Positions 1 through 11,608 of a stretch of 64,000 bases of DNA are shown here, piece by piece. Position 1 is the stretch's first letter, and each line of letters opens with the position of its first letter. Under the pieces are notes generated by a model that saw nothing but the letters and a program-made list of their open reading frames with translations, did not search any database and was not told where the DNA came from. The translations under genes were made by a program, and so were the position numbers. The stretch is from assembly GCF_009914755.1 (NCBI RefSeq), contig NC_060939.1; one strand, given 5' to 3'. This DNA comes from the human T2T-CHM13v2.0 reference genome, Homo sapiens.

Positions 1-339
1 AGGTTGAAAGATATCAACTAGCATGCATTGTTGGTGTTAGGGTCAGACCCAAGAGAGTCCTTTGTTTTGACTGGACCTTTCTCCTCTCTGTTTTTTCCGG
101 CTGTGTCCTCCTGGTTCCCACTGGTGGTAAGGACCTTACTGTTGGGCATTCTGTGGATCATGCTTCAAGGCATTTCTCAGTCCTAACCTTGACTGTCAAA
201 CCTTACCAGTTCTGTATCTTATTCTCGTGTAGTATACGCAGGTGAAAGAAACAAAATGGACAAATGATTTTATAATAAGTAATAATTAATTTCCCCCAAA
301 TGGCATCATTTTTCATGTGCCATAGCTTCTTCAGCCCAA

Positions 340-1400
340 TAACCACTTATTGAGCACCCATCATGTGTAAAGCACTGTGCTATTGACTATAGGGATTTAG
401 ATAGATAAGATGTGGCTGGGTGCAGTGGCTCACACCTGTAATCCCAGAACTTTGGGAGGCCAAGGCAGATGGATTGCTTGAGCTCAGGAGTCCAAGACCA
501 GCCTGGGCACCATGATAAAACTCTATCTCTACAAAAAATACAAAAATTAGCTGAGTGTGGTGGTGCATGCCTGTAATCCCTGATACTCGGGAGGCTGAGG
601 TAGGAGGATGACTTGAGCCTGGGAGGTGGAGGATGCAGTGAGCTGTATTGTGCCACTGCACTCCAGCCTGGGTGACAGAGCAAGATCTTGTTTTTTAAAA
701 AAAAGAAGATGTGGTCCCTGCTCTCTGGAGGGCACACTCTAGGGAGGGAGGCACACCCCTGATGGTGCTGCAAACAACTCTATGAAGAGAGGAGGAAAAC
801 TGTGTTAAATTGGGTCTTGCTGGTTGAAAGGCAGCAGTGCACAGAAGGGAGGGTAGGCTGGTTGTTGGAAACCTATTGGATGAAGGCCAGGGAGAATTCA
901 ACGTGTGTTTAAAAGAAAGGCAAGTAGTCTGGGTGGTGAGTAGATGAATTGGGTGTGAGGATGGGATTGGGAGAAGAGGAGCTGCAGTGGAAACAGAGTG
1001 ACTGGGGCTTTGAATGCCATGCTGAAGAAGCTGGGCTGCCTTCTCTAGGCAGTTGAGAGCCATTGAAGATGGGCTGAGTTCTGGCGAGCTGAAGCTGAGT
1101 TCTCCCTAGAATCCGGTGTGTTTAGAGGACTGGAGTTGGGGGTGCAGACCCAGCCATGGTCTATTTTTATGAGGAATCCAGAGTTCTAGACTTCAGAGGG
1201 CAGCACGAGCACTGAGAGGACACCCACGATGATACTATAACAAGTGGGATTGGGAGAGGGGACATTGGTAGCCTCATCAGGATAGCCCAGAAGTTTGGTT
1301 TTTGGTCACCTTGGAAACTCCTTTGGAGATTCTTGGGATGATTTGGGAGGAAAAAAAGGGGGCTGTAGGTTCTGTACAATGGGTGGGAGTAGAACCGGAG
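340..1400 (-). mobile_element. Degraded L2 LINE fragment (interrupted by Alu)
   Basis: L2 3'-end motif in reverse (cacttattgagcacccatcatgtgtaaagcactgtgcta), followed by purine-rich L2-like sequence; boundaries approximate. Confidence 0.5.
414..704 (+). mobile_element. AluJ-type SINE
   Basis: ggctgggtgcagtggctcacacctgtaatccc start, A-rich linker, J-type ggattgcttgagctcagg, degraded A tail, TSD-like aagatgt on both sides. Confidence 0.95.
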
Positions 1401-1462
1401 AAATGCTTTTGTGTGAATGTCACTGTCTCACTGGGAAGCAGTTGTAAGAGAAGAGAAGGGGG

Positions 1463-1850
1463 TGTATTAGTCCGTTTTCACACTGCTATAAAGAACTGCC
1501 CGAGACTGTGTAATTTACAAAGGAAGGAGGTTTAATGGACTCACAGTTCAGCACTGCTGGGGAAGCCTCAGAAACTTACAATCCTGGCAGAAGGTGAAGG
1601 GTTAGGCAAGGCACCTTCTTCACAAGGCAGCAGGAAGGAGAGGTGAACACAGAAGGAACTACCAAACATTTATAAAACCATCAGATCTTGCGAGAACTCA
1701 CTCACTATCACGAGAAGAGCATGGGGGAAATCACCCCCATGATTCAATTACCTTCACCAGGTCTCTTCCTTGACACATGGGGATTATGGGGATTGTGGGG
1801 ATTAAAATTCAAGGTCAGATTTTATGTGGAGACACACCCAAGCCATATCA
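1463..1850 (-). mobile_element. THE1/MST (ERVL-MaLR) solo LTR
   Basis: tgtattagtccgttttcacactgct...gccatatca is the reverse of the THE1 termini. Confidence 0.9.
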
Positions 1851-3429
1851 GGGATGTTCTAAGGGCAGTGAAACAGGGCAGTGGCCCTGGGAGAAAAGGG
1901 CACTGATGACTAAGACTTTGTGGAGCCACAGGGATGGGGATGTGGCCCTTTTAGTCACACCTGTGGTGGTGGTGGTGGGGTGGGGTACTTGTTTGGCCTC
2001 TGCAGAAGGCTGACACTATGTAGACTTCTTTCTATGCCTTCAAAGTCTCCAAAGGTTGGGGTAGGGGTGTGGGGACAACTCTGGTGAGCTCTTTGTCACT
2101 TTTGATTTGCTCAGTAACATCCTAGGAGACACCGTTGATCTTGTACCCTTTTAAATTTTTTCAACTCTTTTAAAGCCCAGGGATTAGCCAATGGGCTGCT
2201 TCATGTCACGGAAAGGACTAAGGAAGATCTGGAGGAAGAAAAGCTGGCTTTTCCTCTCTCTCATCTGTTAGACAAACAGATCCTTGCAGCTCGCTTACCT
2301 GCCTTGCCCAGGAAACCTGGAGAGTTAGCACAAGGAATGTGGGAAGACCCTTTAGTTCCAGACAATAGCTAGAGGGAGATGCAGATAATGAGCATCAGAA
2401 GGCTGAAGGCTTATTCCAGTTGAGGTAGAGTTGCCTTTCACATTTCAGCGCCCCTGATCTTGCATTCTCATGGCAGCCCCCACTCAGATATGCTCAACAC
2501 ATCCACTTAAGTAACTCGATTACTCTCGCAGGCGCTTTTAAATAATGCACCTCCCTTCAGGTGGGGCGCTCAATCATTCAGCAGAGGACCCAGCGTCTCT
2601 CCTCTGATATCACTTTACACACAGCTAATGAACACAGGTTCCCAACAAGTGACTGCATCAGTCAATAAAGGACAGCACAATCCTACCTGCCCATGCCACC
2701 GCCCAACCCCTCTAGAGCCAATTAGCTTGCTCCTTCCCTGGTGTAGCGGGAATACCTTCCTCATAGTGGTTTTCCTGCTCACACTGGGGCTTTCTTGTTC
2801 TCCTTCTTTGCAGAGGGCACAGAAAACACAGGAGGCTGTGGCAGTTCTACTGTCAACTGGACAGGCTAGCGCTGGGAGCTGAGGGCATGATTTGAATTCA
2901 CTATCCAACTCCAGAGCCTTGATCCAAGCAAAGGGGTGCAGAATGATTTGAGGTGTTGGGCAGATATCCGGACCCCCCACCATTCCTGATGCTCTGAAAA
3001 GTGAGGAAGCCACTGAGAGAACAGACTGGTCTGCATCTCAGCCCCTCTCTTTCTAGTCTCATGGCTTTAACTGTCACCTCACAGATATGAATCCAGGAAG
3101 AAATGCATGCACCAGTGCAGCTTCTGCTCCTGTCCTTTTTCCTGCCTACTGTGCTGTGAGACCCCAGCTGGTGTGAAGAGACCATGATTGTGCTGGGAGT
3201 CAAGATGCACTGACAATCTCTGTTTTTTCTGACTTCAGGCAGGAAAACTCACCAAGATGGCTCTCCTGTGAAATTTCTGCTGTGCCTCTCACTGGGCTGC
3301 TGAGGGGACAAATGATAAAATTTCCGTGAAGATACTTTGCAAAAGTAAAGCTCTGCACAGATATATCTTGCTGAATGGTAATGAGAGGAAGTGGAAATGA
3401 CCGTGGCTGGAAGACAGCAGATTAGAGCC

Positions 3430-3640
3430 CTGAAGTATTTTCTGCTCAGCTCTTCCACTTACTAGCTTAGGGGTCTTGGGCATGTCACTTCACCTATATG
3501 GGACTCCGTGCTCTCATCAAGAAATTGGGGGAATAAAACCTACTTCATAAAGTTGTTTGAGAATTAAAAGAAGCAATAGGTGTGAATATGTAGAAAACTG
3601 TGGGATGTTATGCAGATGGAAGGAGTTATTTATCATTGCC
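3430..3640 (+). mobile_element. MIR SINE
   Basis: MIR core-like cacttactagct...ttgggcatgtcacttcacct...ataaaacctacttcataaagttgtttgagaattaaa. Confidence 0.7.
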
Positions 3641-5261
3641 TATGTTGATTTAATTGTGGCCTTAATCCAACTCTCCCTGGCCCTTAGGTATTTCCTTTGC
3701 ACCATATTCTTTTCCACTGGTTTTCATATGGCTTTTTCTTTAGTTTGAAAATTGTCTCTCCTCTGTTTTATATCTTCTCAAGGCAGCAATAAGCTTCCAA
3801 GGCACAGCCTGTATGGGCCAGGTATGCATAGGTTCTTCAGTGACAGCTCTTCCATTGAAGGATTTGCATACAGTCAGTGCTTAATGAATGCTGCAGATCT
3901 ACTGAGGTCACTTGAGAACCCAGGTCTGCCTTCTGAGTGTTACCTTCTTTCTAAGAAAGATGCTAGTGGTTGTCTCAGGAAAGGAAAAAAAGTGTGAGCC
4001 CAGGGAGTTATTTTTGATGATTTAACTTTCCTTGATGTTCTTTTTCTTTGATTTAATGAATGAGTCTGGTTCCCTAAGCCAATTGTGGAAGTCAGTCAGT
4101 CATCATGAGTTCTCTCTCCCCAGTGAGGGAGTAAACTCCTTAATGACAGGGCCTTGTCGTAACTAATGGAATGAGACTAGAAGAGGTATCTCTTGAGTAA
4201 AAGTTATAATCTCCACTTTAGTCTAATACATTATCTTAAACTGAAAGGTGCAATGGGATTAAAATACCATTATTTTCCCAGATTAGAAGTATCAACCCTT
4301 TTGAAACTTTAAGGCTACAAATCCATTGCATTTATATAGTTTTGAGCAGGATCAATTTCTATAGGGACTAACAGTGGTGAATCTTGTGATTTTGTGCCTG
4401 GTTTAAGATTGCTAACAGCAACTCAGCAATTCTCCACTTCAATTTATTAATTGCTTATGGAGTTCCTATGAGGTGTAAAACACTGTGCTGAGCTTTGTGG
4501 GAGACACAAAGAAGGGGGAGAGATGGTCCCTGCACTCAAATTAACTTCCACCTATACAGGGTCTGCATTACAGGGAAGTGAAAGAGCTGAAAGTATGTGT
4601 TCATTTGCAATTATTAATGAGTGCTTTCTTTTAGTACTTGAGGGCCTAGAATCAAACTTCATGACTTCACATATCCATGCTTTATTTCTGGGTACCTTGG
4701 TACAGAGAGTTATAACTCTCTTCCTGTTTCTTCCACAATAACATTGGTCACAGTAATATTTGGCAAGTTTGCGATTTGGCAAAGGGATCTCTACAATGGC
4801 TGACAGCATCACGGTTGTTGAAAAATCATGGACTACAGAGATGACAAGAGTAAAAGGAGGGAGGAATGGTTAGGACCAGGAAGGGAGCAAATGTGGTAGG
4901 ATCAAAGTACATTTTTTTGGGTTAAAAATAATTGATGTAGTCTTGATCATTTTAAGAAACTTTCTAAGGCTCTGTTGATGGTTTTCTTCCCTGTGCTCTT
5001 CCCCACCTCAAATCCATTTCATCAGGTCCCTGGTTGGAGGCTTGTGAATGCTTTCAGATTACTATTAAAAGCTATTAGATCAAGATTTCAATGGTAAATA
5101 TATTCATGTCCAAAGTTATTTCAAATGTTCCCACAAAGACACAACTTCTTTAATTATGAAAGCCAAATTACTCAAGTCCCTTGAGAGAATTAATAGAAGA
5201 AGTGGTGTAGACAAACCACATTCTGAATCCATATTGCAGGCGTTTCCATTTGGATCCAGTA

Positions 5262-5499
5262 CAGGTCGAACATCCCAAATCCTAACATCTAAAATCCTCC
5301 TAATGCTCCAAAATCCAAAACTTTCTGATTGCTGCTGCGATGCTCAAAGAGGATGCTCATTGGAGCATTTTTGCTTTTTGATTTTCGAATTTTGAATGCT
5401 CAACTGATAAGTATAATACAAATATTCCAAAATCCGAATAAATCTGAAATCCAAAACACTTCCAGTCCTAAGCATTTCAGATAAGGGATACTCAACTTG
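5262..5499. mobile_element. Tigger4a/MER46-like DNA transposon MITE
   Basis: TIRs caggtcgaacatccc / gggatactcaacttg flanked by TA duplications; ~240 bp. Confidence 0.85.
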
Positions 5500-5566
5500 T
5501 AGTAGATCTTCCTCCTTGAGATTAATGGGCAAACAAACTGAATTCCTGCATAGTCAATGGTTAATG

Positions 5567-5570
<4 letters not shown>

Positions 5571-5602
<32 letters not shown>
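5571..5602. repeat. (GT)16 microsatellite
   Basis: Read directly. Confidence 0.98.
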
Positions 5603-5605
<3 letters not shown>

Positions 5606-6059
5606 GAGGAACACACACAAAAGGAGTGTAGAATTGGTGACATGAGTGCACTATTGATGAGCCCTAACACTGCATCTGATTTAACAATGTGATGGTTGGG
5701 TATTGTGCATGGGATGAGTGTGAGGTTTTTTAAATTTTATTTTTAAAAATTTAACAAAGCATTAGGATCTGGAAAACAACACAGGACAATTTGACTAGAA
5801 AGTTTTCAGTTTGCTATTAACAGGAAACAGATTGAGTAACATATGGATAAATATGTACAAAGCCCAGTATGATTTCCTGCTCTGTCCCCCACCTGATATC
5901 TTCAGTGAGAAGACTGGGGGTTGAGTGAAGACCCTGGGAGAGCAACAGTGGTCCAGGCCCAAGTTGCCTCCCCCAACCCTTCTGAGAACTACTTGGCTGG
6001 AGACAGGGTAGAGGTTGTGCTTTCAACCTGCTCAGCCTTAAGTCTGAATTAGTATTTTA

Positions 6060-6650
6060 AAAAAATCTTTAAAATGGATGTTTTCAAGTATACACAAAGG
6101 TAGAGAGAGAGTAGCTTAATAACTCCCACTGTACCTATTATCCAGCTTCAACAATTGCCAAATCTTGCCAATTTAATTTCACCCATTACCATGGCCCCCT
6201 ATTTTCCTGTACTATTTTTGTTTTTGTTGTTGTTAGAGATGGGGTCTGGCTTTGTCGCCCAGGCTGAAGTGCAGTGGTCCATCATAGCTCACTGCAACCT
6301 TGAAGTCCTGGGCTCAGGCAGTCCTCCCAGCCCAGCCACCCATGTAGCTGGGACTACAGGCACACGCCACCATGCCAAGCTGGGAGTTAAGTATTTTAAA
6401 GAGAATCCAAGACGTCATGTTTTGTCACTTGTCAGTGCTTCAATATTCTAACTGTTAAGAGCTTCAAAAAATGTCACATGCACTTGATGCTGTTATGACA
6501 TCTAATAAAATTTCCATAATGAATAATGTTATCTAACACCCAGTTCATATTCAGTTTTGCTAATTGTCTCAAGAATGTCTTTTTACAGTTTTTTTTTAAA
6601 ATGATAATTCAAATAAGCTATACTTTGTACATTTAGTTGATTCTCTTACT
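6060..6650 (-). mobile_element. Old L1M (L1MC/ME) 3' fragment
   Basis: ttcaagtatacacaaaggtagagag...tccagcttcaacaatt motif typical of reversed L1MC/ME 3' ends. Confidence 0.55.
6214..6381 (-). mobile_element. Free Alu monomer (FAM/FRAM-like)
   Basis: Single reversed monomer: T-rich tail, gagatggggtct...gtagctgggactacaggcacacgccaccatgcc, no second arm. Confidence 0.85.
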
Positions 6651-6658
6651 TTAATCTA

Positions 6659-6960
6659 CAGTTGGCCCTCGGTAGCCACAGGTTCCAAATCAGCAGATTC
6701 CACCAACTATTGATGAAAATATTCAAAACAAAAAACCAATATAAATAACAACAATAAAAAATAATACAAATAAAAACAATTCAATATAACAATGATTTAC
6801 ATAGCTTTTACATTATATTAGGTGTTACAAGTAATTTGGAGATGATTTAGTTCATGGGAGGATGTATGTAGGTTTTATGCAAATACTATGCCATTTTATA
6901 TAAGGTACTTGAGCATCCAGAGATGTTTGGTATCCACAGAGTGGGTCCTGGAACCAGTCT
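6659..6960. mobile_element. Tigger3a/MER7A-like DNA transposon
   Basis: ta|cagttggccctc start, gatttacatagc...ttatgcaaatactatgccattttatataagg...gtcctggaacca internal motifs. Confidence 0.8.
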
Positions 6961-7009
6961 CTTTATTTGCTTTTTATTCCGTTGATTTGTTGGAGAAACT
7001 GTTATTTGT

Positions 7010-7160
7010 ATCCCCAGTGGATTGGAAGCCAGGAGACCCACAGTCAAGGCCCAGCTCTACTAATAATTATCAGTATGATCTTGGGATGTGCAGTTGACCT
7101 TTCTGAGTGTCACTTTTCTTATATAAAATATAAGAGAGTTTGACCAGGGGGTCTGTCAGG
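7010..7160 (+). mobile_element. MIR SINE
   Basis: cccagctctactaat...atgatcttggga...tttctgagtgtcacttttcttatataaaat. Confidence 0.55.
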
Positions 7161-7509
7161 CCCCTTCCTGAACAGCAAGGGAAACAGGACAGAAATGGCT
7201 GAGACACTTTGTATGCGCCAGATGCCCAAACTCTCAACTTCCCACAAGGTAGGTAATGTTTTTGTATTTGAGTCTGTGAAAAACAACCAACGAACCAAAT
7301 CCAGTCATGTTTGGAAGAAGGCAGACACTACTCACCAGCAGTCTTCTGACTTGAGGCCTACCTCAAAGCAAAGGGAGAAAACCTGGGAGTCTGGAGAAGG
7401 GTTGTAAGCATCCTACTGAGTCGTTTTGTCCTCACCCAGGGACAGGACATGCAATGTCTGAAATTTCTTCATCCTTCTATAATTCATCAAGGTTCCAGTG
7501 GAGAAGATC

Positions 7510-7990
7510 CCAGGACCATAGAACACTAGCATGGAAGGGGAACTCAGCAGTAATTTACTTTAACTCCTTATATGATGAACAAACCCTTTCTATAACATTC
7601 ACCAAAGCACTTCTTGACAACAGGCGTAGCCTCCCTGTGGAGGCAACTCATGGCCTCCTGAGGCAGCCTATTTCAGGCCAGGCTACCCACTAACATGCTC
7701 TTCCTTACCTGAGATTTTTCTCCCTGAAACTCCCACTGGGCCTCACTCTGCTCTATGTCTCTTGTCTTTAAGCGATAACTCTTCAAATAATTGAAGACTT
7801 AGATTATTCTTGTCTTTTCTGGCCAATGACCTTTAAATATACACACATGGTGCTGTGTTCAATTCCTGACTACTCCTGCTGCTTTCCTGTGGGTGCACCC
7901 TATTTGTCAATGCCCCTTGTAAAGTGCAGCTCCCACAACAGGATACAACACTCCAGGTGGATGATCAGCATGGAGCAGGGACTATCATTA
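7510..7990. mobile_element. L3/CR1 LINE fragment
   Basis: catagaacactagcatggaagggaactca and aaagtgcagctcccacaacaggatacaacactccagg resemble CR1/L3. Confidence 0.45.
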
Positions 7991-10903
7991 AGGTATATGG
8001 CCTAAAATCCCTTACAGGATCTTCCTGAAACATTTCTAAGTATGTCTGTGGAAGGAAGAGGGTTTCAGAAAGCAGAAGACAGAGACATAGGGCCTCTAGA
8101 ATATTAATGCTAGCATCCTTCAACTGGAGAAGTTTTTTGTAGGAAAAAAATCCTATAAGACACTGTAATTATGAATTTGGTTTCCCAAAGACGTTTATAT
8201 TGGAAAGTCATCTTGAAGATGTTCTTTTAAAATGTGTGGTTATCCCAGACCTTCCTTGTCTAAATGGAATGCCTTGGACTGACCTACATATTCTCCCCGC
8301 TTGGAAATTTACCCCCCCAGTCTTCCACCACAGAAAGTTTGGATTATGTGGTTGTGATGATTTTGGATTGGTCAACTTCATGGTTTTGGGTGAAATTCTT
8401 CTGGAGTACACAATTTTCTTCTATATTGGAGAGGAATGTGGGTGGAAGCTGGAGTATTGGAGGAGCTCAGAACTGAAAGGTGGCTCTGGGAATGGCTTCA
8501 AGAAACCATGGAGTGACTGAGGCTCCAATGAAATAATGGAAGTATCCACAGACAAGCATGATGTTCTCTGAAAATATAAGAAGCACAGTATTGTGAGTTT
8601 GATCTTTTTAATGTGGTGGGACAGGTGTAACCAGCATTGCCATATGCTCTAATTCTTACATAGCTCCTACAGTGTGTCCTCTTTGCCCTACTCTAATTGC
8701 CTACTCCTAATTGCTAGCTTGGACAAGCTGCCTCAACTTTGAGCCTTGTTTTTCTTGTTGCTACAGAGATGATTTTACTACTAATGTCTAAGTCTGTCTA
8801 CATGTTTCTTCCTACCCTCCCCCACTCTCGTAGATAGTTCTAGAAGGGTGTCTCCTAGGACCTGATATTCTTTATCACCTTTCTGTGGCCTCCATGTGTG
8901 GACCAGGACACCCCTTTAGGGCTCTGTTGCCCTAGAGAGTGGGGAAGGGTCAAGGTATTATTGCCCTTGATCTAAAACCCTGGAGTCAATGTCAGTCTTT
9001 ACTTAGGCAGTGTGGAACTGCCAGGGTTTCCCTGGTTTGCATCCCATGTCTTCTCATCCTGCCAGCAGTGCCATGGGGCAGAAGGGATATAGAGTAACGT
9101 GACCCAAAGGAAGGTTGACATGTACTTGGGTGCACTGCCAAAGCCTGTGTCTCCCAGGAATTGGACTCACTGGGTGATATCCAGAGGTCAGAGCAACCTA
9201 CAAAGTCCTCCTTTATGAGTGAATGTGGTGGTTTCTCCGGGACCAATGTAGGGAGAACTTCTGCTATGCTAGGACACTCAGTAGCTTCCAATTCAGCCAA
9301 GCCAAACCTTCATCATAAATCATCTCTGCCCCGGACATTTGTTTTTTACTCAACAAAGCCATCAGATGCTTACCTGAAATGATGCAAGGAAAGTTTTAGA
9401 GGAGCCCTGTGGACTGAGTTCTTTTTTCTCCCCATTCCTTCTCTCTGCCCCTCTGAGATTCCCATTGTTCAGGAAGGGGTTATTATGCAAACCAGGCAAC
9501 CTCTCTTTCACTCAACAAAGAAACTTAGTAATCTCTGAGGCTGTGTCACCTTGCCAGCAGAAACACTGAATGGCAATAGTACTGAGAGTCAACACTAATA
9601 GCCGACACCAAATTAAACTGCCAGACTCGGTGTGATGTAGCTCTGTCACCTCTTGACACCTCTGATGTGAGTACTGGGGCTTCTGCAGGAAATTCATCAG
9701 CTGTAGTTCATGATGCATCATCTTTACGTATCTGTCCATCTACATTTGTCAGCAACAGGCAAGCCTCAAATGACTTCAGTGACTGGTATATAGATTACAC
9801 CACCTCCAGACATAGTAAACAGGGTTTTAACTCTTGGGGCTTCTTCAGCTCTGCCTTCCTTCCTGAGAAGGCCTGGTTACTGGTGTTCCCATTCTCCTTG
9901 TGTTTCAGATAGTGACTGACAAAGGCTGAATAAGAAGGTCTCCTTTCTTTTCCCTACTAACCAGTATCTCAAATGTTTCCCTTCATTCCAAGTCAACTAT
10001 TCTGTGAACACGCATTCTCTCTGATGTGCGTTTCATTGAATGCCATCTAAAAATGTATATTTGCTCATTAATGGCTAGATTTACCATTGTTCTGATGGGG
10101 AAGATTAGAAGTTTAGTACAGGCTCATCTTGCTAATCAAACTTGTTTGATTCCCAGTGGAGAATGTCTTTGATTTTTCCGTGCTTTCCAGGCAGATCATT
10201 TTAGTATAATACTAGCTGCTAATGGGCCAAGGGCTGGCTGGTTTTCAGAATATTTTCAGACCCTTAAAATTCTCACTGATCATTACCACCTTAGATGTTT
10301 ATTTTACACGTTTATCAACACCCTCAAGCTCATGTAAGTTAAGTAGGTGCAAATGTGTTTTTTTCCTTGCATGCTTTCCTAGTGTGATTCCAAAAAGAAC
10401 AGTCCCAAATATATAAAAAGTGGAGAAGGACATGGGAGTCTTCAGCTTTTGGAACCACATTACAAGCTTTAATTTGTGGCAGGGGGAGGGGAGCGAGGGG
10501 CGAGGGGCATGTAGGGTTCATTGCAAAGATATTATATTCCTCATGCATTTTTGTAGAACGAAGGCTATACTTGTTCATAAGCTATGCGTGTGTTTATTTC
10601 TGTTTTTAAGGATACTGAGCTTCTTTATGGTAAGAATGATGCTTTCTTATCTTTCTTTCCTTGATAATAGAGCACTTGATGCTGTTGCCTTAGTGACTGA
10701 GAAATGCTGCCTCATGCTGGCTCATGCAGGCCATTGGCAGGCTGCAGGCTGTGGGTAGTGCTGCCCTGCAGGGTGTTAGCATCATCTGGCAATTGCTTTT
10801 ATTTGGGGCAGCCAGTCAGTTCTTCACATTCTGGGCCTCTGGCTCATAGTGTGTTTGATGACAACCCTGAGAGGACATCTCTGGTTGCTGTAGTCACCAA
10901 AGA

Positions 10904-11028
10904 TGCCACTTCCAGTTAGTGTATTAGGCCTACTCCTGCTATACCTTCACCCCTCCCAAGCCCTTCTTGAGGGTAGGAGGGGTGAGGATATAGCAGCGGG
11001 AGGCCTAATACACTAACTGGAAGTGGCA
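10904..11028. repeat. Long inverted repeat / hairpin (28-bp perfect outer stem, further imperfect stem, 5-nt loop)
   Basis: 10904-10931 tgccacttccagttagtgtattaggcct is the exact reverse complement of 11001-11028; inner arms 10932-10957 and 10975-11000 pair at about 20/26 plus 2 G:U. Confidence 0.97.
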
Positions 11029-11156
11029 ATCCATGTCAGTTAAGTATGGAGAATGCCTGTTTAAACGTCATGAGATAGTCAATTTAGCTCTTGGGTAATC
11101 AGCGAGTGTGGTTAGAGGAGGTTGTGGGTATAGATGCAATAAGATTTTCAGAAATT

Positions 11157-11608
<452 letters not shown>

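Noticed and set aside
380-773. ORFs of 60-150 aa overlapping Alus (also 11068-11527, 18739-19035, 19797-20255, 26287-26475, 38270-38497)
   Set aside because: Typical Alu-derived translations ([11 protein letters not shown]...), not genes
2445-2572. agcgcccctga ... tcaggtggggcgct as an inverted repeat or CTCF pair
   Set aside because: Short, imperfect and lacking a full CTCF core; compatible with chance
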